Assembly (NCBI RefSeq): GCF_036321535.1
Contig: NC_087437.1
Coordinates: forward strand, 33,854,001-33,918,000
Length of the DNA: 64,000 nucleotides
Direction: 5' to 3'
DNA from: Camelus dromedarius
Lineage: Eukaryota
Made by a program: the position numbers and the translations under genes. The notes beneath the pieces are model-generated. The model saw nothing but the letters and a program-made list of their open reading frames with translations, had not been told where the DNA came from and made no database searches. Positions within the stretch are counted from its first letter, which is position 1; every line of letters starts with the position of its first letter. Positions 46,601 to 60,030 of the stretch are shown here, piece by piece.

Positions 46601-48463
46601 GGTACCAGGCTCTGGAAGGCTTTACCATTCTCCCTCTCAAAGTCTTCCCAAGGAAACAGATGTGAGTTCCCTCTATGTGCATCAAAGTTCGAGAGCAGGC
46701 AATTACTCAGATTATGCTGAAGATAAACAGTGTTATTCTGTTCAGTTCTTCAAATAATCTTCTATTTAAATCGTAGCTAATTACTAGTGAGCAAATTAAA
46801 CTCATTGAGTACTTCAGAAATGTCTATTTCACTGTCAGAATGAATACTTTAGGGATTCCCCATGGTGAGGAGTCTTCTTTTTTTCATGACATAGAATATT
46901 ATCTAGTTAGCCTGAATCCATGAAAAGAATTTTTTTGGAGGTCCCTTAAAACAAACAAATGATGCAAATCATTTTTGAAATGTCAAGTCTTCAAGCAGAC
47001 TTTTTTTTTAGTACTAGGAGTTTCCTGGTAAAGCAGAAAGACTTTGCTAGTCTCTCAGGCTGTAGTTAGACCCTCAAATCATGTGCCAAGAGGTTAGGCG
47101 TGGAGAAGGGATGCTTCTGGAAAGGTGTGACCTGTCTGCTGGAATAAACCAGGACCAGGCAGCGCTCTCTGAGAGAACTGCTACCTGGGCTGTGTGCACC
47201 AAGTTCCACGATCGTTCAGCCACGAAGCCTCCCTTCAACCTGAAGGGAGTCTTTTAAGACAATTTTATAGAGTCAATAATATGGATTCCTGGAGAACTAA
47301 ATCCACGTTATGGAATAAAATCTATTTATTAAATAGTTACTAAGTATAAAGCAAACATACTATACACACAATGGAGGCATTACTGCAGTGGGGGGGTGCC
47401 TCCTATGTTGGTTATGGTACAAGGGCACTGGCCTTAGACCCACATGCTTTAGAGGGTCCTACGCTGGCCATCCTCTAGCCACATTCCCAGCCATGTCCCC
47501 CACCTCCCATAGCAAGGAGTTCAAGGAACCAAGGGGCCTTGTCCACCTGGAACCCAAGCCCTCCATTCTAGGCAATGATTCAGGTACTCAGGACCCTAGA
47601 ACCTCCTGCTCAGATGATCCCAGGCCTCCATCCCTGACCTACACAGGCCTCTACCCCATATCCTTCTCCCAAGGGCAGAGGGTGCCACCAGTGTGTGTGC
47701 TCAGAGGCCCAAGGAGTGATCAGTGGAGGCGGACAAAATTTGGACATTCAGTGCAGGAGGCTAGGGGAGCTACCCAAGCTCTCAGCTGTACAACAGCATT
47801 CTCACCCACATCTGCATTCCCATAAGCTGTCCTATTCCTCCCTTCACCCACAGCTTTGTTATAAAATCCCATTTCCTCATTGAGGATGCTTTTATCCAAG
47901 TGAAAGGAAAGGAATCTTCAGACACTAATTTATACTACAGTATGAATGATTGATGGTTTTCTCACCATTTCAGTTACAATGGACTATTTCAAAAACTCTA
48001 GTTGAACAGTTTTATGGGTGAACATTTTTATTAGCAAAAATGTATTGACATTGACCAAATATATTTTTAATTTTAGAAATTATGTGTTTATAATTAAGAC
48101 CAGTACAGTAAAATATGCCATATAATAAATAGCCCAATAAAAGAAAGTAAACTAAACTTAATTGGCTATTGGGTCAATCACACTGACTGGCAGAGGAGAA
48201 ACTTACTTTCTCAATAGTGAATATTGCCCAAAGGATTCTATTGATGAACTATTTCCTCTAACTCCCAATTTAATTCTCACAGAGTATGACTTTAGAATTT
48301 AGTAATTAAATTTGAATCATGACTGTCTCTGCTCTTCAAGACTGCATGAAGGTGATTTCAACCCAAGAGAGTTCATTTTAAATTTAGAGAGGGCTTGTTG
48401 GCAAACATGTGTTATGAGGAGGAAAAAAATCCCTCTTAAGGTTTTATAATATATCTAATACCC

Positions 48464-48934
48464 TGTTGAGGGAAAAAAAATGAAGCAAGGAAGAAAATTG
48501 CTTTTATTTTTCTACCTGCAATCAGGAGAGCACCGCAGATCTGAAAATCAGAGCCTCTTAGCATCGTGGTTTTGCCTTGGACTTGTGTAGGGAGAAGGAG
48601 ACAAGTTATAGGGGAAGTTGTTTCCAGCTGGGATGCTTCTGCCAGGAGAAAGTCCCTGCCAGTCAGGACCAGGGAACATTTGCCTCTGTGGCTAGCTAGT
48701 TTTGAGGAGACAAACAGTTCAGCTAATCAGTTACAAGACAAAGGGGGGCATTTGGAGAGGCTGTGTCTGTCCCTCTTGTAAGTAGACAAAGGGGGTCATT
48801 CAAGTGCCTTATCTAAGTCATATGGAGAAGGGTGGCTCTTTGCAGTAAGCCATTTTCCAGAACATAATGGGGAGGGAGATAACTGTCACTGTTTTCCAGG
48901 AGCGCAGGGCTCAGAGGAAGTTCAGCATTGCCCA
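48464..48934 (-). mobile_element. ERV solo LTR (MER89/MER90-like)
   Basis: TG...CA ends. The minus strand begins tgggcaatgctgaacttcctctgagccctgcgctcctggaaaacagtgac and contains ggcttactgcaaagagccacccttctccatatgacttagataag. Subfamily uncertain. Confidence 0.7.
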
Positions 48935-50756
48935 TCCATTGGTAGAAGTGTACATTTTCTTAATGCACTGCTGTCCTGTTCCTACTGAGCCTTCCCTACT
49001 CCCTGAGAGCAGCAATGCGCGTAGTAGGCTTGCAGTTCCTGTTTGTGAATAGATATGTTAAAATCACTTAGTGTATGCTTTGCCTCGCCTTGTGTTATTA
49101 AGGCTGTTTGTTACAATGATTAATATTCTTTGGGGTTTTACACAGTAGCACATAAATAACATGGCCTGGGAGGAACAGTATTCCTGGTTCTCTTCTGAAT
49201 GCTCAGTCTAAACATATGTATTTTAAAACTTTATTTTCATTACTGATCATTATAATGAAAGATCCCAAAGCCAGCATATAGCTATATATGTTCTAAATAT
49301 AAAATTTCAGATGTTGGCCTTGTAATTCCCTTGTCTAATTTATCTGAGAGAAAGTGGCAAAGTACTGTGTACATGGAGAAACGGCCACTGATTCCTCAGT
49401 GTCTCCTGATCTGCAGGCGCAGGTTTTAATCACATGCCACACGTGGTCTGGGCGCACGGGCATTAATCTCCTCCTTGCAAATGAAGGTTGCACGATTTAA
49501 TCAGAAATTCCTTCTTTTTTTCTTTTCCTTTTTGGTGGGAGAAGCAAACACAACAGCATTTCCCTGACTGATTATCTTTCTGCAGAAGGTCTGGGTTCCC
49601 AGACAATGAGGAGGAGAAAGAAAATTCTTAATGAAAAAGAAGGGGGAAATTAATTCTCAGGTGCTGTTTTTTTCATTTTACTTTTTATTGTAAAACTAAC
49701 ATCATCACAAGTAACAGACTTTTTTTAAAGCCTTTGGTGAGTCTATAATCCTAATCAAGATCTATTTCATTATTTCCTATTTTCCTCCAGTTCTCGACCA
49801 CATGCACATATAATTTTTCATACAGTTGCAATCATAGAATAGATAAAATTTTGTGCTTTTAGGTTTTTTCTTGTTTAATGATAGTCTATAAACATTACAC
49901 ACATTATCTTAGCATCTTCAAAATTATTGTTATTTTTGTGTCTGAAGAATATTCCGTTAAGTCACTGATATACCACAGTTTACTTGTTCAGGGCGAGTTT
50001 CCCTGCTTTCTAGGCTGCTTTCCTCATCTCTTTTCACTGGACCTGTCATCAGTTGGACTTTGGAAAATATCTTCCAATTTAGTTACTTGACTTGGCATAA
50101 CTTGGTGTTATCCAAACCACGTTCCACAGACCTTCTCATGTGCTGGGCAGGGAAAGGAGGTGGGGAGACTGTGAGAAGGGAAGCCTGTCCACACTTGTAT
50201 TGAATATACACGTCTTGGAGTTTAGTATCACATAAATAAACTAAAGGCTCTGAGAGGTCTTTCAGAAAAGGCACTAATTTCACTGTAATCCAGCTTTCCC
50301 AAACTTTGACGAGCAAGAACTCTTCCTGGAGCACATGGTGACTATCTGAGGGAGCATCGGGCCGCCCTCGAACCTGGTGCAGAAGCACTGCTGTAATGAC
50401 CCCTCCAGTCCAGGGACCCTGTCCTCATCTTTCTTTCCTGCTCCAAACCATCTCTACGCTCCCCATGGATTTCACAGCTAGACTCTCAAGGGAGCAAATG
50501 GAAGCCCATGTTGTCTTGGTTTAGCACAGGGCAGGTGCTCAGGGGCTAAGAGGTCTGGTTTCTGCTCCCAAGCTTGTTACTTTCTTTCTATGTGATTTTG
50601 GGCGAATCACCACCACCTCCACCCCGCTGCTCACTCCATCTTAAAGAGAGAATCTGAACTAGACGTTTCCTGGAAGGGCAAGGCTGAACCCAATCCCTAC
50701 AGGCCGCACACGTGCCTGGGGAGGTAGTGGGAAGATAGGGAGTAGCACGTAGCATT

Positions 50757-50979
50757 CTTTTTATTTTTCAATTGAAGTGTAGTTGATTTACAATGTTAGT
50801 TTCAGGTGTACAGTAAAGTGATTCCGTTATACATATACATACATATTTTTTTCAGATTCTTTTTCATTATATATTACTATAAGAAATTGAATATAGTTCC
50901 CTGTGCTATACAGTAGGTCCTTGTTCATCTACTTTATACAGAAATGTGTATCTGTTAATCCCAAACTCCTAATTTATCT
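50757..50979 (-). mobile_element. Young L1 3' end (very short)
   Basis: ttttcaattgaagtgtagttgatttacaatgttagtttcaggtgtacag...gttccctgtgctatacagtaggtcc...cccaaactcctaatttatc. Confidence 0.92.
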
Positions 50980-51529
50980 GAGTGTGGCTTGGAATCTTCA
51001 GGAAGGTGATGCCAGAGCTCTCACAGAGAAGCTTCCCCAGGAGCCCAAAGGCTCCAGCAGAACATACACATTCTTCTCAATAGCCAGGGACATTCTCAGT
51101 GGCCACAAGTGATCGAGACTTTCTCTCTTCTATTTCCTTTCCTTCTTAATTTCCTCTTTCGCCTGACTGTGAGGGGTCTTAAGCAACTCACTTCACTTCT
51201 CTCAACCTCAGTTACTTATCCTTTCTGAGCCTCAGCTTCCTCTTCTTAAAAATATTGCAACCTGTCAATGAGATAACATATTTAAAAGGCCTGGTACATA
51301 GTGAGCACTCAATAAATGTTAGTTTTCTCTCCTTCCTTTTTCTTTACCGTGTTAAGGGAATACTGAGTGTCTAAAGAAGACACTGCTAAGGTTGAACAAT
51401 TGCCAGGAAAGCCAGTTGAGCATGAAATGACTTCAGGAAAGACCTCAGCTCCAGCTAAGAAACATGAGAAAGTGATTGGAGCATCTCGTCCAAGTTCAGC
51501 TGCTTGATTACTTCATGTTCATTTACATT

Positions 51530-51780
51530 TGGGTCACAGTGATGCCAAGGAACTACCGAAAAAAAAAGGAAAATTCAAGAAGAGTTTAAATGAATTTGTG
51601 GATGATAAAGTCGAAACAGTAGATGACTGGGGTACATATGAATCTTTGAAAAATCTACATCTTGGGAGGAAATTATGTACTTCTTTTAGACATCCCCGGA
51701 GGATGCTATCACAGAAAAATGACTGGCATGGACTGACCATCTGGTGACCTAAGCACACCAGACAAAGCATGGAATCTGAG
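51530..51780 (+). mobile_element. CR1-clade LINE 3' terminus relic
   Basis: Encodes FKKSLNEFVDD, resembling the CR1 ORF2 end FKKGLDKFM(E/D)D. It is followed by gactggcatggactgaccatctggtgacc, resembling the CR1 3'UTR. Confidence 0.5.
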
Positions 51781-51976
51781 CATGACACTGTGTGAGCTGG
51801 GTCCCTTGGCAACTGGAATTATTGCTACCAACACACTCCTTATAAAACTCCCTTTGGGCTCAGATTTCACAACTGACATTCAAACTATTGTTTCATTTGT
51901 ATATTCCATTGATGCCTTTCATTTTAGATGGTCCTCACTTAAGTAGTTCCTTCCTCCTTATTCCTAATATACTTTT

Positions 51977-52384
51977 CAAAAAATTGAAGTATATTTGATT
52001 TACAATGTTGTGTTAGTTTCAGATGTACAGCAAAGTGATTCAGTTATACATACATACATATGTCTATTCTTTTCCAGATTCTTTTTCATTTTGGGTTATT
52101 ACAAGATATTGAATATAGTTTCCTGTGCTATACAGTAGGTCCTTGTTGTTTATCTATTTTATATATGGTAGTGTGTATATGTTAATCCCAAATTCCTAAT
52201 TTATCTCTCCCCTGCTTTCCCCTTTGGTAACCATAAGTTTGTTTTCTATGTCTGTGAGTCTTATTTCTGTTTTGTAAAGAAGTTCATTTGTATCATTTTT
52301 TTAGATTCCACATGTAAGTGATACCATATGATATTTGTCTTTCTCTGTCTGACTTAATTCACTTCGTATGATAATGTCTAGATC
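51977..52384 (-). mobile_element. Young L1 3' fragment
   Basis: Antisense 3'UTR aattgaagtatatttgatttacaatg...tgtctttctctgtctgactt...tctagatcc. TSD cctaatatactttt (51963-51976) / cctaatgtaatttt (52385-52398). Confidence 0.92.
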
Positions 52385-52454
52385 CCTAATGTAATTTTAA
52401 CTATAAAATTGACAGAGGAGGAAAGTAGAAGTGAGAAATATATTCAGTTTTAAC

Positions 52455-52640
52455 TGTATTTCTCTAAATTTGATCTTGCATCAGAATTATCAAGGATGCT
52501 TGTTAAAATTCAGATTTCTGAGCCTTATCTCAAACCTATTGATTCAGAATTTCCAGAAGTAGGAATTAGACATTAGACCTGTGTTTTAAACAAGCTACCT
52601 AGGTCATTCCTGTGAATATTAAAGCTCAGAACCTCACTGC
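52455..52640. mobile_element. MER5-family MITE
   Basis: tgcatcagaattatcaaggatgcttgttaaaattcagatttctgagcc...acctattgattcagaatttcc...tgtgttttaaacaagctacctaggtcattc. Confidence 0.85.
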
Positions 52641-53369
52641 TCTTGCCTGGGTCACTGCAGCTGTCTCTTAGCTGGTGCCCTGCCCTTGTGTTTTCCTTCG
52701 ATCATTTCTGAAATACTCCTGAAGGTCTACATTCATCGTGTCATTTACTCTATGAAAACCTAGCATGGTTCCTTTGGATCACCTCACTGTATTTAGACCC
52801 ATCCCTTGATGGTGAAAGGTCTTCCCTCTGCTTTCCCATTGCCTTCTCACTGGCCTTGTCCACACCTCCTCCTCAGTCCAGTTGTAAACTTGGGCCAATA
52901 TAAGCTGCCCTCAGATTGCTCGGTGAAGCCCTGGAGGTTCCTTCCATGGGGAACGACAGGGGCTGCCACTGGGGGAGGCAGAGTGGAAGAGTGGCTCGAG
53001 GTTTCTCCATCGCAACCAGAGCTCCTCTTGTGCTTCCTCATAAAATTTATTTGGAAATAAGTCTCTGGTGGATAGAATAAAATTTTTAAAAACACTGTTC
53101 TAGATTAAATCTCTTACATCCCTTTTCGGTCTGAAAATACTTTCTTTTCTTTGTGTGAATCCCCTCCCCATCTTGCCTACTTCAAGGCTTCCTTATCAAC
53201 AGTCCATGCATGGTCTGTCCATCAAATTTCAAAACTTTCCTCAAGATGCATCTGGGTATCACCTGACCTTCCAACTTCAGGGTTGTTTGTATCATCCTGA
53301 GCTCAGGGGAGCTCACTGCAAGTGGACTTAGTTTCCTCCTTGTTGTTAATTCGTACCCATCCCAGTTAT

Positions 53370-53490
53370 TTCCTTCACTCAACAAATATTTATCAAGCCA
53401 CCACTAGGTAGCAGGATCTGCACTCAGCCCTGGAAATACAGCAGTGAACAAAACAGACAAGCATCCCTGCCCCTTGTGAAGCTTACATCT
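53370..53490 (-). mobile_element. L2 3' end
   Basis: ttcactcaacaaatatttatcaagc...ctggaaatacagcagtgaacaaaacagacaagcatccctgccctt. Confidence 0.9.
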
Positions 53491-54189
53491 TTCTGTGCAT
53501 GCCCTCCCCAAAAAGACTCCAAGTTCTGCAATAGGAACTTGAGCTTTTCTTAGTTTTATTCCCTTCCAAACGACTTAGTAAAAACAATTAAATTAAATCC
53601 ACTATAGGAAACATAACACAAAATTCATGACAAAGTTATTTCATGTCTTAATGTCAAAACCTAACGTTTTTATTTTCTGGTTACTTGAAAATTAATTCTG
53701 AACAATAATTTGTCTGCTTCCTACTTATATTCCACATTCTGTGTAGAATCAAAAACCTAAAATTTCAGGGGAAAAAACCAGTGGCAATTATTTATAATTC
53801 TTTAATTCTGTAATCAACATGATACCGTTCAATTTTTCTTAGACTTCCGTCTTAAATAGCTCTACAACTTTTATGAAAAGAGCTTGCTTAAATTCCCAAA
53901 CTTACCCAACCAATTTGCTATACACAGGAAACTTTTAAAAAGGAAACATACTACTCTCAGTTGTCTTTGTCCATGCCAGAGTTCAGAAGATTCTTTTCTT
54001 ACCTCAGTATAGATCTCGTGGGCATGAATTTCACACTCACGTAACTCAGGCAGGACTTCTGATGTCCAGCACTGCCAAACTAATTTATTCAGGCCAATCC
54101 TCCTATTGAAAATTACTAAAAGTACTAAATAAAATATGCTTTCATCTTTATTAAAAACATCAGTAGGCACACAGTAAAGCATTACTAGG

Positions 54190-54990
54190 CCCAGAATAGA
54201 AGAGAACACAGTAAAATAGGCCACACACTAGAAGCTGCTTTTGTTCCAAGGGCATTTGCCTGTTTGGGCTGTGAAACTGAGTGGTGGCTTCAGTGGATTC
54301 CTAGGGTGAGAGGAATGGAAATCAGACCCCAAAGTCCACTAGAAGTGGAGAGTATAATCAAGAACCCCATATTAAGTGGAACAGACTGGGCTACCCCAGA
54401 GGTCAGCCCATCCCCTCCCACTCCCCCTCAGAGAGCCATAGAAAGGGTTGCTTTAGCCCAGAGCAGAGCAGAGCAGGAGGAAAAGAAAAGGAAACCCAAG
54501 AGGCTGTAACCATAGGACTATTTGAAGCCTAAAATGTGCAGCCCCAAACTTGTATCATTGCCCAAAATCTAGTTTAGAGTGGTACCAGACTGATAGTCTG
54601 CCCAAGCCTCCGAAAGAAGCAAGTGCAAACCTTCCCCAGAGGAAGGCACCTTCATCTTATTGGGCCTTTGAGAATCCTCAACATATACGTTCTCAAGTGG
54701 TGCGAGAAGCACAGAATCGAAGGGAACCAAGGACACAAAGAAACGCGGCACAAAGAGCAAGAACCAGCCTGTGGGAAGAACAGACAGCAGAATCAGACCC
54801 TCAGAGACTTCGGATGTTGGAGTTACCACCCTTAGATTATTAAAGGAAAATGCTTGTTGTAGTTAAAGAAATTTTTAAAGCTTGAAAATATCTGAAAAGA
54901 GCATGAATCTATAAAAATTGTCAAAGTTTTTTAAATGAGTCAAAGAGAATCTCTGAAGATTAAAACTAAAAATGAATGTAAAAGGATATG
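54190..54990 (+). mobile_element. Ancient L1M 5'UTR/ORF1-start relic
   Basis: cagacagcagaatcagaccctcagagacttcggatgttggagttacca...gttaaagaaattttt...gagaatctctgaagattaaaac matches the old L1M ORF1 start pattern. Confidence 0.65.
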
Positions 54991-57900
54991 TTTTTTCTCT
55001 ATAATTGAACTTAGCTCCTGAGCCCTTATTTCAGCTCGTGGAGGAATTTCAAATGCATTGATTCCACCTCCAGGTTACAGTCAGTCTCTCTCGGGTAGAT
55101 CTTCAGTAATCGGTAACTCAAAACTGTGTAAGTCCCAGGGCTTTGCACATCCTTAGACAGTGGTTTAGTCTGTGAGGTCTTCCATTTTTTTCTGGATTCT
55201 AACCCTGCATTCTCCCCTTCTTAGGCATTCATTGGCCTCCTTCCTCTATAGAAACGCCTGCACTCACTTCTGCACTTTGATCGCTCAGACAATTCTTGTT
55301 CATCTCAACCATGAGGCTGCTTTAGGTCCACTGACCTGCACCCAGTCCTAACCTGTGCCACTAGAAAACATGGGAAATTCTCAGCTGCTGGGCTCCCCTC
55401 TGGGGCCATATGATTGCCATGCAACAGCCTCAGGTCCTCTCTGCCTGAAACCTCACCTGAGAAGCTCTATTTTCCCAGACAGGAGCTGGGGCAAAAATCC
55501 CCTCCACAGTCAGATCCAAACTTTGCTGGACATTTTGTCTTTCATGACCTCACTCCCCTCCCTACTCAGACTCAAGCAAAATGGGAAAGGGAGTCCTCTT
55601 TCTCCTCTCTCTCTCTGCCAAGCTTCTCATCCATCCCAGGAATGCTTCTGTCGCCTCTCACATTGCAGGAAAATATTCTGTGCTTATTGAGGAATTCCTC
55701 CTGTTTCATGTTTATTCTATCTACTCTAAGCTCTGAGCCCTCCATGCTTTGCCTCGGTATTCAAACTTTTGGAATGAAACCAATAAACAAATAATAACAA
55801 TAAAATGTTTTCTCTTATCAAGAAACTTACTCTCAAGAGTTGAAAGCTCTAGCTTTGAAGACTGTCCTTGAAAACTCAAAACCAAGAGTATGACTCTGTT
55901 CTCACCATTTTATTGTGTTCTCCTTTCTCTAAGATGTGCATTTCTCTCAGGCTGAGGGTACAGGGAAGTTACCAAGAAGAAAAAAATACATTCAGTAATA
56001 TTTCAAAATATTATTCTGCCGCATCAACTTTTCTTATCCAATCTCTACAAAAAGAAAACACGTTTACCAGTGAACTTGGTATCACAAAATTATCCTGTGG
56101 CAAAAATATGTGAGCCATAGAGTTCTGTTACACAAGGATTTGATCAGCCCATAGGTTTCAAGAGCAAGCCGGTGGCAAATTGTATTAATTTACCATGCAG
56201 TTCTCACAACCTAGGTCAAAAGAGTGTTACTGAGATAATTGAAGATTTGGAACAAAGATATATTTACTTTGGCTGGTGGCTATGAAAATTGAATCAATTT
56301 TCTTGTAATCTCAAGATTGAGAGTGCTATACTCATGCTTATGTCACCCCCAAATGTCAACAGGGAGAGTTTTGGTTTTTTAATGAGAACTTATACCATAA
56401 ATTGAGAGTTCAAAAGTGACTCTACTCATCACCTAAAACTATTATGACATTTAACATTATTAAAGATACTTTGGGTTTCACTGAAGTAGAATCTTTTTCA
56501 CACCAATTCTAAGATCTTTCTTTCCTTTGAGGATAAAAACGTATATAAAGAGAAAGTAGGTGAAATCTGCCAACTTTATGTTTGGAAAGAAATACAGAGA
56601 TGAATTTCCTGCCAGCAGTCTTGGATATAAACCAAGTAGATAAAGTCATCAGAAAGGATTAATTGGGTCCCAGCACCCATAATTGAGCTGCCACTTTGGG
56701 GGATGCTGACCATTAATAGCTTAGACTAGAGAGGACGGTGCCTTTTTCAGCTAGAATTGAAATGTTCCCAAAGACCAAATGGAAAACGCAGTAAGAATGA
56801 ACACTGAACTATCCATGATTTTGTTAGCACATCTCTGATTGTTACTATAGATAGAGCCCACATCAGTCCTATGGAATTAGCATCTATTCTGTACTTTTTG
56901 TATGTAAAGCAAACTCAACAACAAAAACTCAACAGTTTTCAGAGATTTGGCTATGCTCCCCCCAAAAAATTACCTAGATCTGAAATTTACAAAAACAAAA
57001 CTCTAGAATCTTCCCAGTTTTAAGATAGCTTTAGAGAGTGTTTGCAAAAAGTGAATCCATCCATTATTAAGTCATTTGTAGGATGTTAGAGCTGAGGGTA
57101 CGTGTGTCATGAAGATCAGTGCTGTGGTTTCCACAGCAACTACAGCTCCGTCTCACTTCACTCCCCACTCCGTGCTTTATTCAGTCTGTGCTAGTAAATT
57201 CAGGCCCACAGTGAGAACAAGGAGGTGAATACAGGCGCACACGCACACCTGCATGGGGACAGGGTCTTTCCCAGAAGAACTAGGTTTTCCTTTTCGTCAT
57301 GTCACAATACACTTAACCTTTAAGCTTGGAATCAACAGAGCCTTTTTTTGCAGGGTTTTCAATACCCAGGCATTATAGTAAAATATTTTTGTAATGAGAA
57401 TTACGACCTACTGCATATTTCCTAAAAAATCAAACAATCGCATGTTCAAATAACCCAAATCCCCTAAGTTCACGACTGAGCAACAGTCACTGATTCAAGA
57501 GAAGAGCCTTCTCTTGAGCCCGCTGCTAATTCCAGAAACGAGGCTGATAGAATAGGGGTCTTTCAGCTCAGTTTTCCTTGAAACCAGGTAGCTGGCGTTC
57601 ACGCAGCAGCACTTCAGTCCCTTCTGACTGAGCTGCTCAATTGCTTTGTGATTCTTGACAGATTGGTTGGTTGGGCTAAATGTATCTGTCACGGCAGATC
57701 CCAACGCTTGACTGATTGCTGTGCAGTACAATTAACAGGCCACCAAGTTATTCAGAAGACTTGTCCCCACCATGAAAGACGAGCTCCATCCCAGCTATCC
57801 TAGAGCTTCTTTGCCCTGCAGCTCTCCATGGCAAGAATTCTTCCTGAATGAAACCACTGTTGGCACCTTTGGTGTTCAGTTATGAACACATCCAACAAAC

Positions 57901-58559
57901 ATTGACAGAGTGCCTACCATGTGCAAGGGGCTGTGCTGGGCGCTATGGGCCCTCTGCTGACCCTGTCTTAAATGCCTTGAATGGGGGTCTATAAAGGACC
58001 CACAGCAAAGTGAACAGTGTCAGAGAACAGTTCCCACCCTTAGGTCATTCTCAGCTACCAAACCCTTAAAATGTGACTTCAACATGGCCACTGCCTTGTT
58101 TTCTTCTCCCATTGCAGGTTCCAGCTGACATCCCCAGGTCCTGTCCTACTATTGACCCTTCCTCCAGAGTCCCCACTCTTCCCTGTTCTCCACGTCCTTT
58201 CCTGTTACCAATTCAGTCACCACTTGATCCCCACTGTCACCTCAACCTTACCTCTCACACACCCCACTGCTTCTCACACCCCACTGCTCCACCCCCCATC
58301 TAGTTTCATTTCTTTCTACCTTCATTCCTCTTCTCACTGACAATTTTAAAGTCTTCAAGAGACAGGGAGATCCAAGGCACCATGTGGCTTTTATCTCTAA
58401 GTAGTTCAGGGCTTGATGGGGTTCAAGGAATTTGTCTGGGATTCAGAGTTGAGCCTTCTTGGCTACATTCTGGTTAAATAAGCATTGTGGAATTTGTATG
58501 AGGAGCTTACCACTGTTTGTCTCCTTTGTGTCTTTGGCAAATGTCTCCATGTCCCATAG

Positions 58560-59017
58560 AACCTATTACCTTCTTTATCTTCCCCTCAACCAGCCTGAAC
58601 TTTCAATGAAGAGACATCATCCTTAAATTCACATCAACCAGAATCCTAGGAATGATCCAAGACCGTTCCTGCTCACTAACCCTTCCTTACCCCCTCCATC
58701 ACCAAGCCCCATGGATTTATCTTCACTGTCATTGTCTTATTTAGGTTCTTATCAATTCTGGCCCAAATTATTGCCCTACCCCACTGACTAATTAGTCAAA
58801 TCTACCACCACCCATCACCACACACCATACTGGTGCCCCTGCCTCCATCAATCAAATTCGTTTGTAGCTTCCTTTCCCAGTAACCTAACATCCACCCATG
58901 CACTCTTCATTCCCACCACCTAGAACAGTGTGTAGCTCCTGTATCTTCTGTTGCTGACTCACATCCCCGTTATTTCACATGTGCTGTCTTCTCTGCCTGG
59001 AATGCCTTTCTTCTCAT
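58560..59017 (+). mobile_element. L2 LINE fragment (interrupted by the LTR at 59018)
   Basis: catccttaaattcacatc...atcaccaagccccatggatttatcttc...cacatgtgctgtcttctctgcctggaatgcctttc. Confidence 0.65.
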
Positions 59018-59364
59018 CATAGAGAAGGAAAAATTAATTTTCCCTCTACCCTTCTAACTTCTCAGCTGGGGCCCCTGTAACAAAAGACAGATTAATAAGA
59101 GAAAAGCAAACAGAAGTTTATTAACGTGTATGCCTCATGTATACATGAGATACCCAGAGGAAAATGAGTAATTCTCAAAGAGGTGGCTTTAGAATTCAGG
59201 CTTAAATGCCATCTTAAACTTAAAAGAAAAAAAATGGTGTGAGGGAGACCAGTTATGGGAGAGATAACCATGAGCAGGAGAGTTTGTTATGCAGATTTAC
59301 ATTTTTTTAAGTCTCCATTTACAGGAGTTTCTGATGGCTTAGAGTCATCTTTCTCTTCCTGGTA

Positions 59365-59408
<44 letters not shown>

Positions 59409-59573
59409 CAAATGGAGATTTCCTTTATAAATATAAATCTCCCTTACAAAAGGGTGACTTATGCTCTGTTTTCAAAGCTTTTCCTATGTCTGCTGTTTCT
59501 CAAAATAATCAGCTCAAAAATAATCCTTTGCCAAAAAGGCACACCTTGAGGTAGCATACTTTGCCACCCTTCA
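59018..59573 (-). mobile_element. ERV1 MER34-like solo LTR with (GA)17
   Basis: gtaacaaaagacagattaataagagaaaagcaaacagaagtttattaac...gtttgttatgcagatt...ctcaaaataatcagctcaaaaataatcctttgccaaaaaggca...gccacccttca. (GA)17 at 59371-59404. TSD tcat/ccat. Confidence 0.85.
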
Positions 59574-59649
59574 CCATGAATAGTGAAATTAACTCATTGA
59601 TATTACTGATCCTTTCAAACTCAATTCACTGTGTGGGTGATTGTGGGTG

Positions 59650-60030
59650 TCATTCCTGTAATTGGAAATGTTTGGTTGGAGAGCCAGTTTTACGAGAAAG
59701 AAAATAAGCTCAGCTTGGGACACACTGATTTTGAAGCGTCCTTACAACAAGTACAGTTGTCTGGTATGTATTTGAAGGTGCGTGGACCTAGAGTTCAGGG
59801 GAGAAGATGAAGAAGAGTCTGGAAATAGCGATCTGAGAGTCATTAGCATATAGGTTGCAATTAAGGCTGAGAGGATGAATGTGATGCCATTAGACTGTAG
59901 GTCTGGTGAGGCAAGAGCCATGCATTATGTATCTCTGTATCACCAGGGTCTAATACTGAGCCTGAAACAGAGTAGACGTTTGATCACTTTATTGAATGAA
60001 TTAATTAATAAGTGAATAAGTGAATGAACA
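59650..60030. mobile_element. L2 fragments
   Basis: gagctcagcttgggacacactgattttgaagcgtc...tctggaaatagcgatctgagagtcattagcatatagg (-), then tctctgtatcaccagggtctaatactgagcctgaaacagagtagac...ttgaatgaatt (+). Confidence 0.7.

Noticed and set aside
47388..47825. 145-aa ORF in a GC-rich segment
   Set aside because: No recognisable protein; the DNA looks like an old interspersed repeat whose family I could not assign.
53401..53414. CTCF-like CCACTAGGTAGCAG (also CCACCAGCGGTCAC at ~43662)
   Set aside because: Mismatches at high-information positions; the first lies in an L2. Not supportable without ChIP data.
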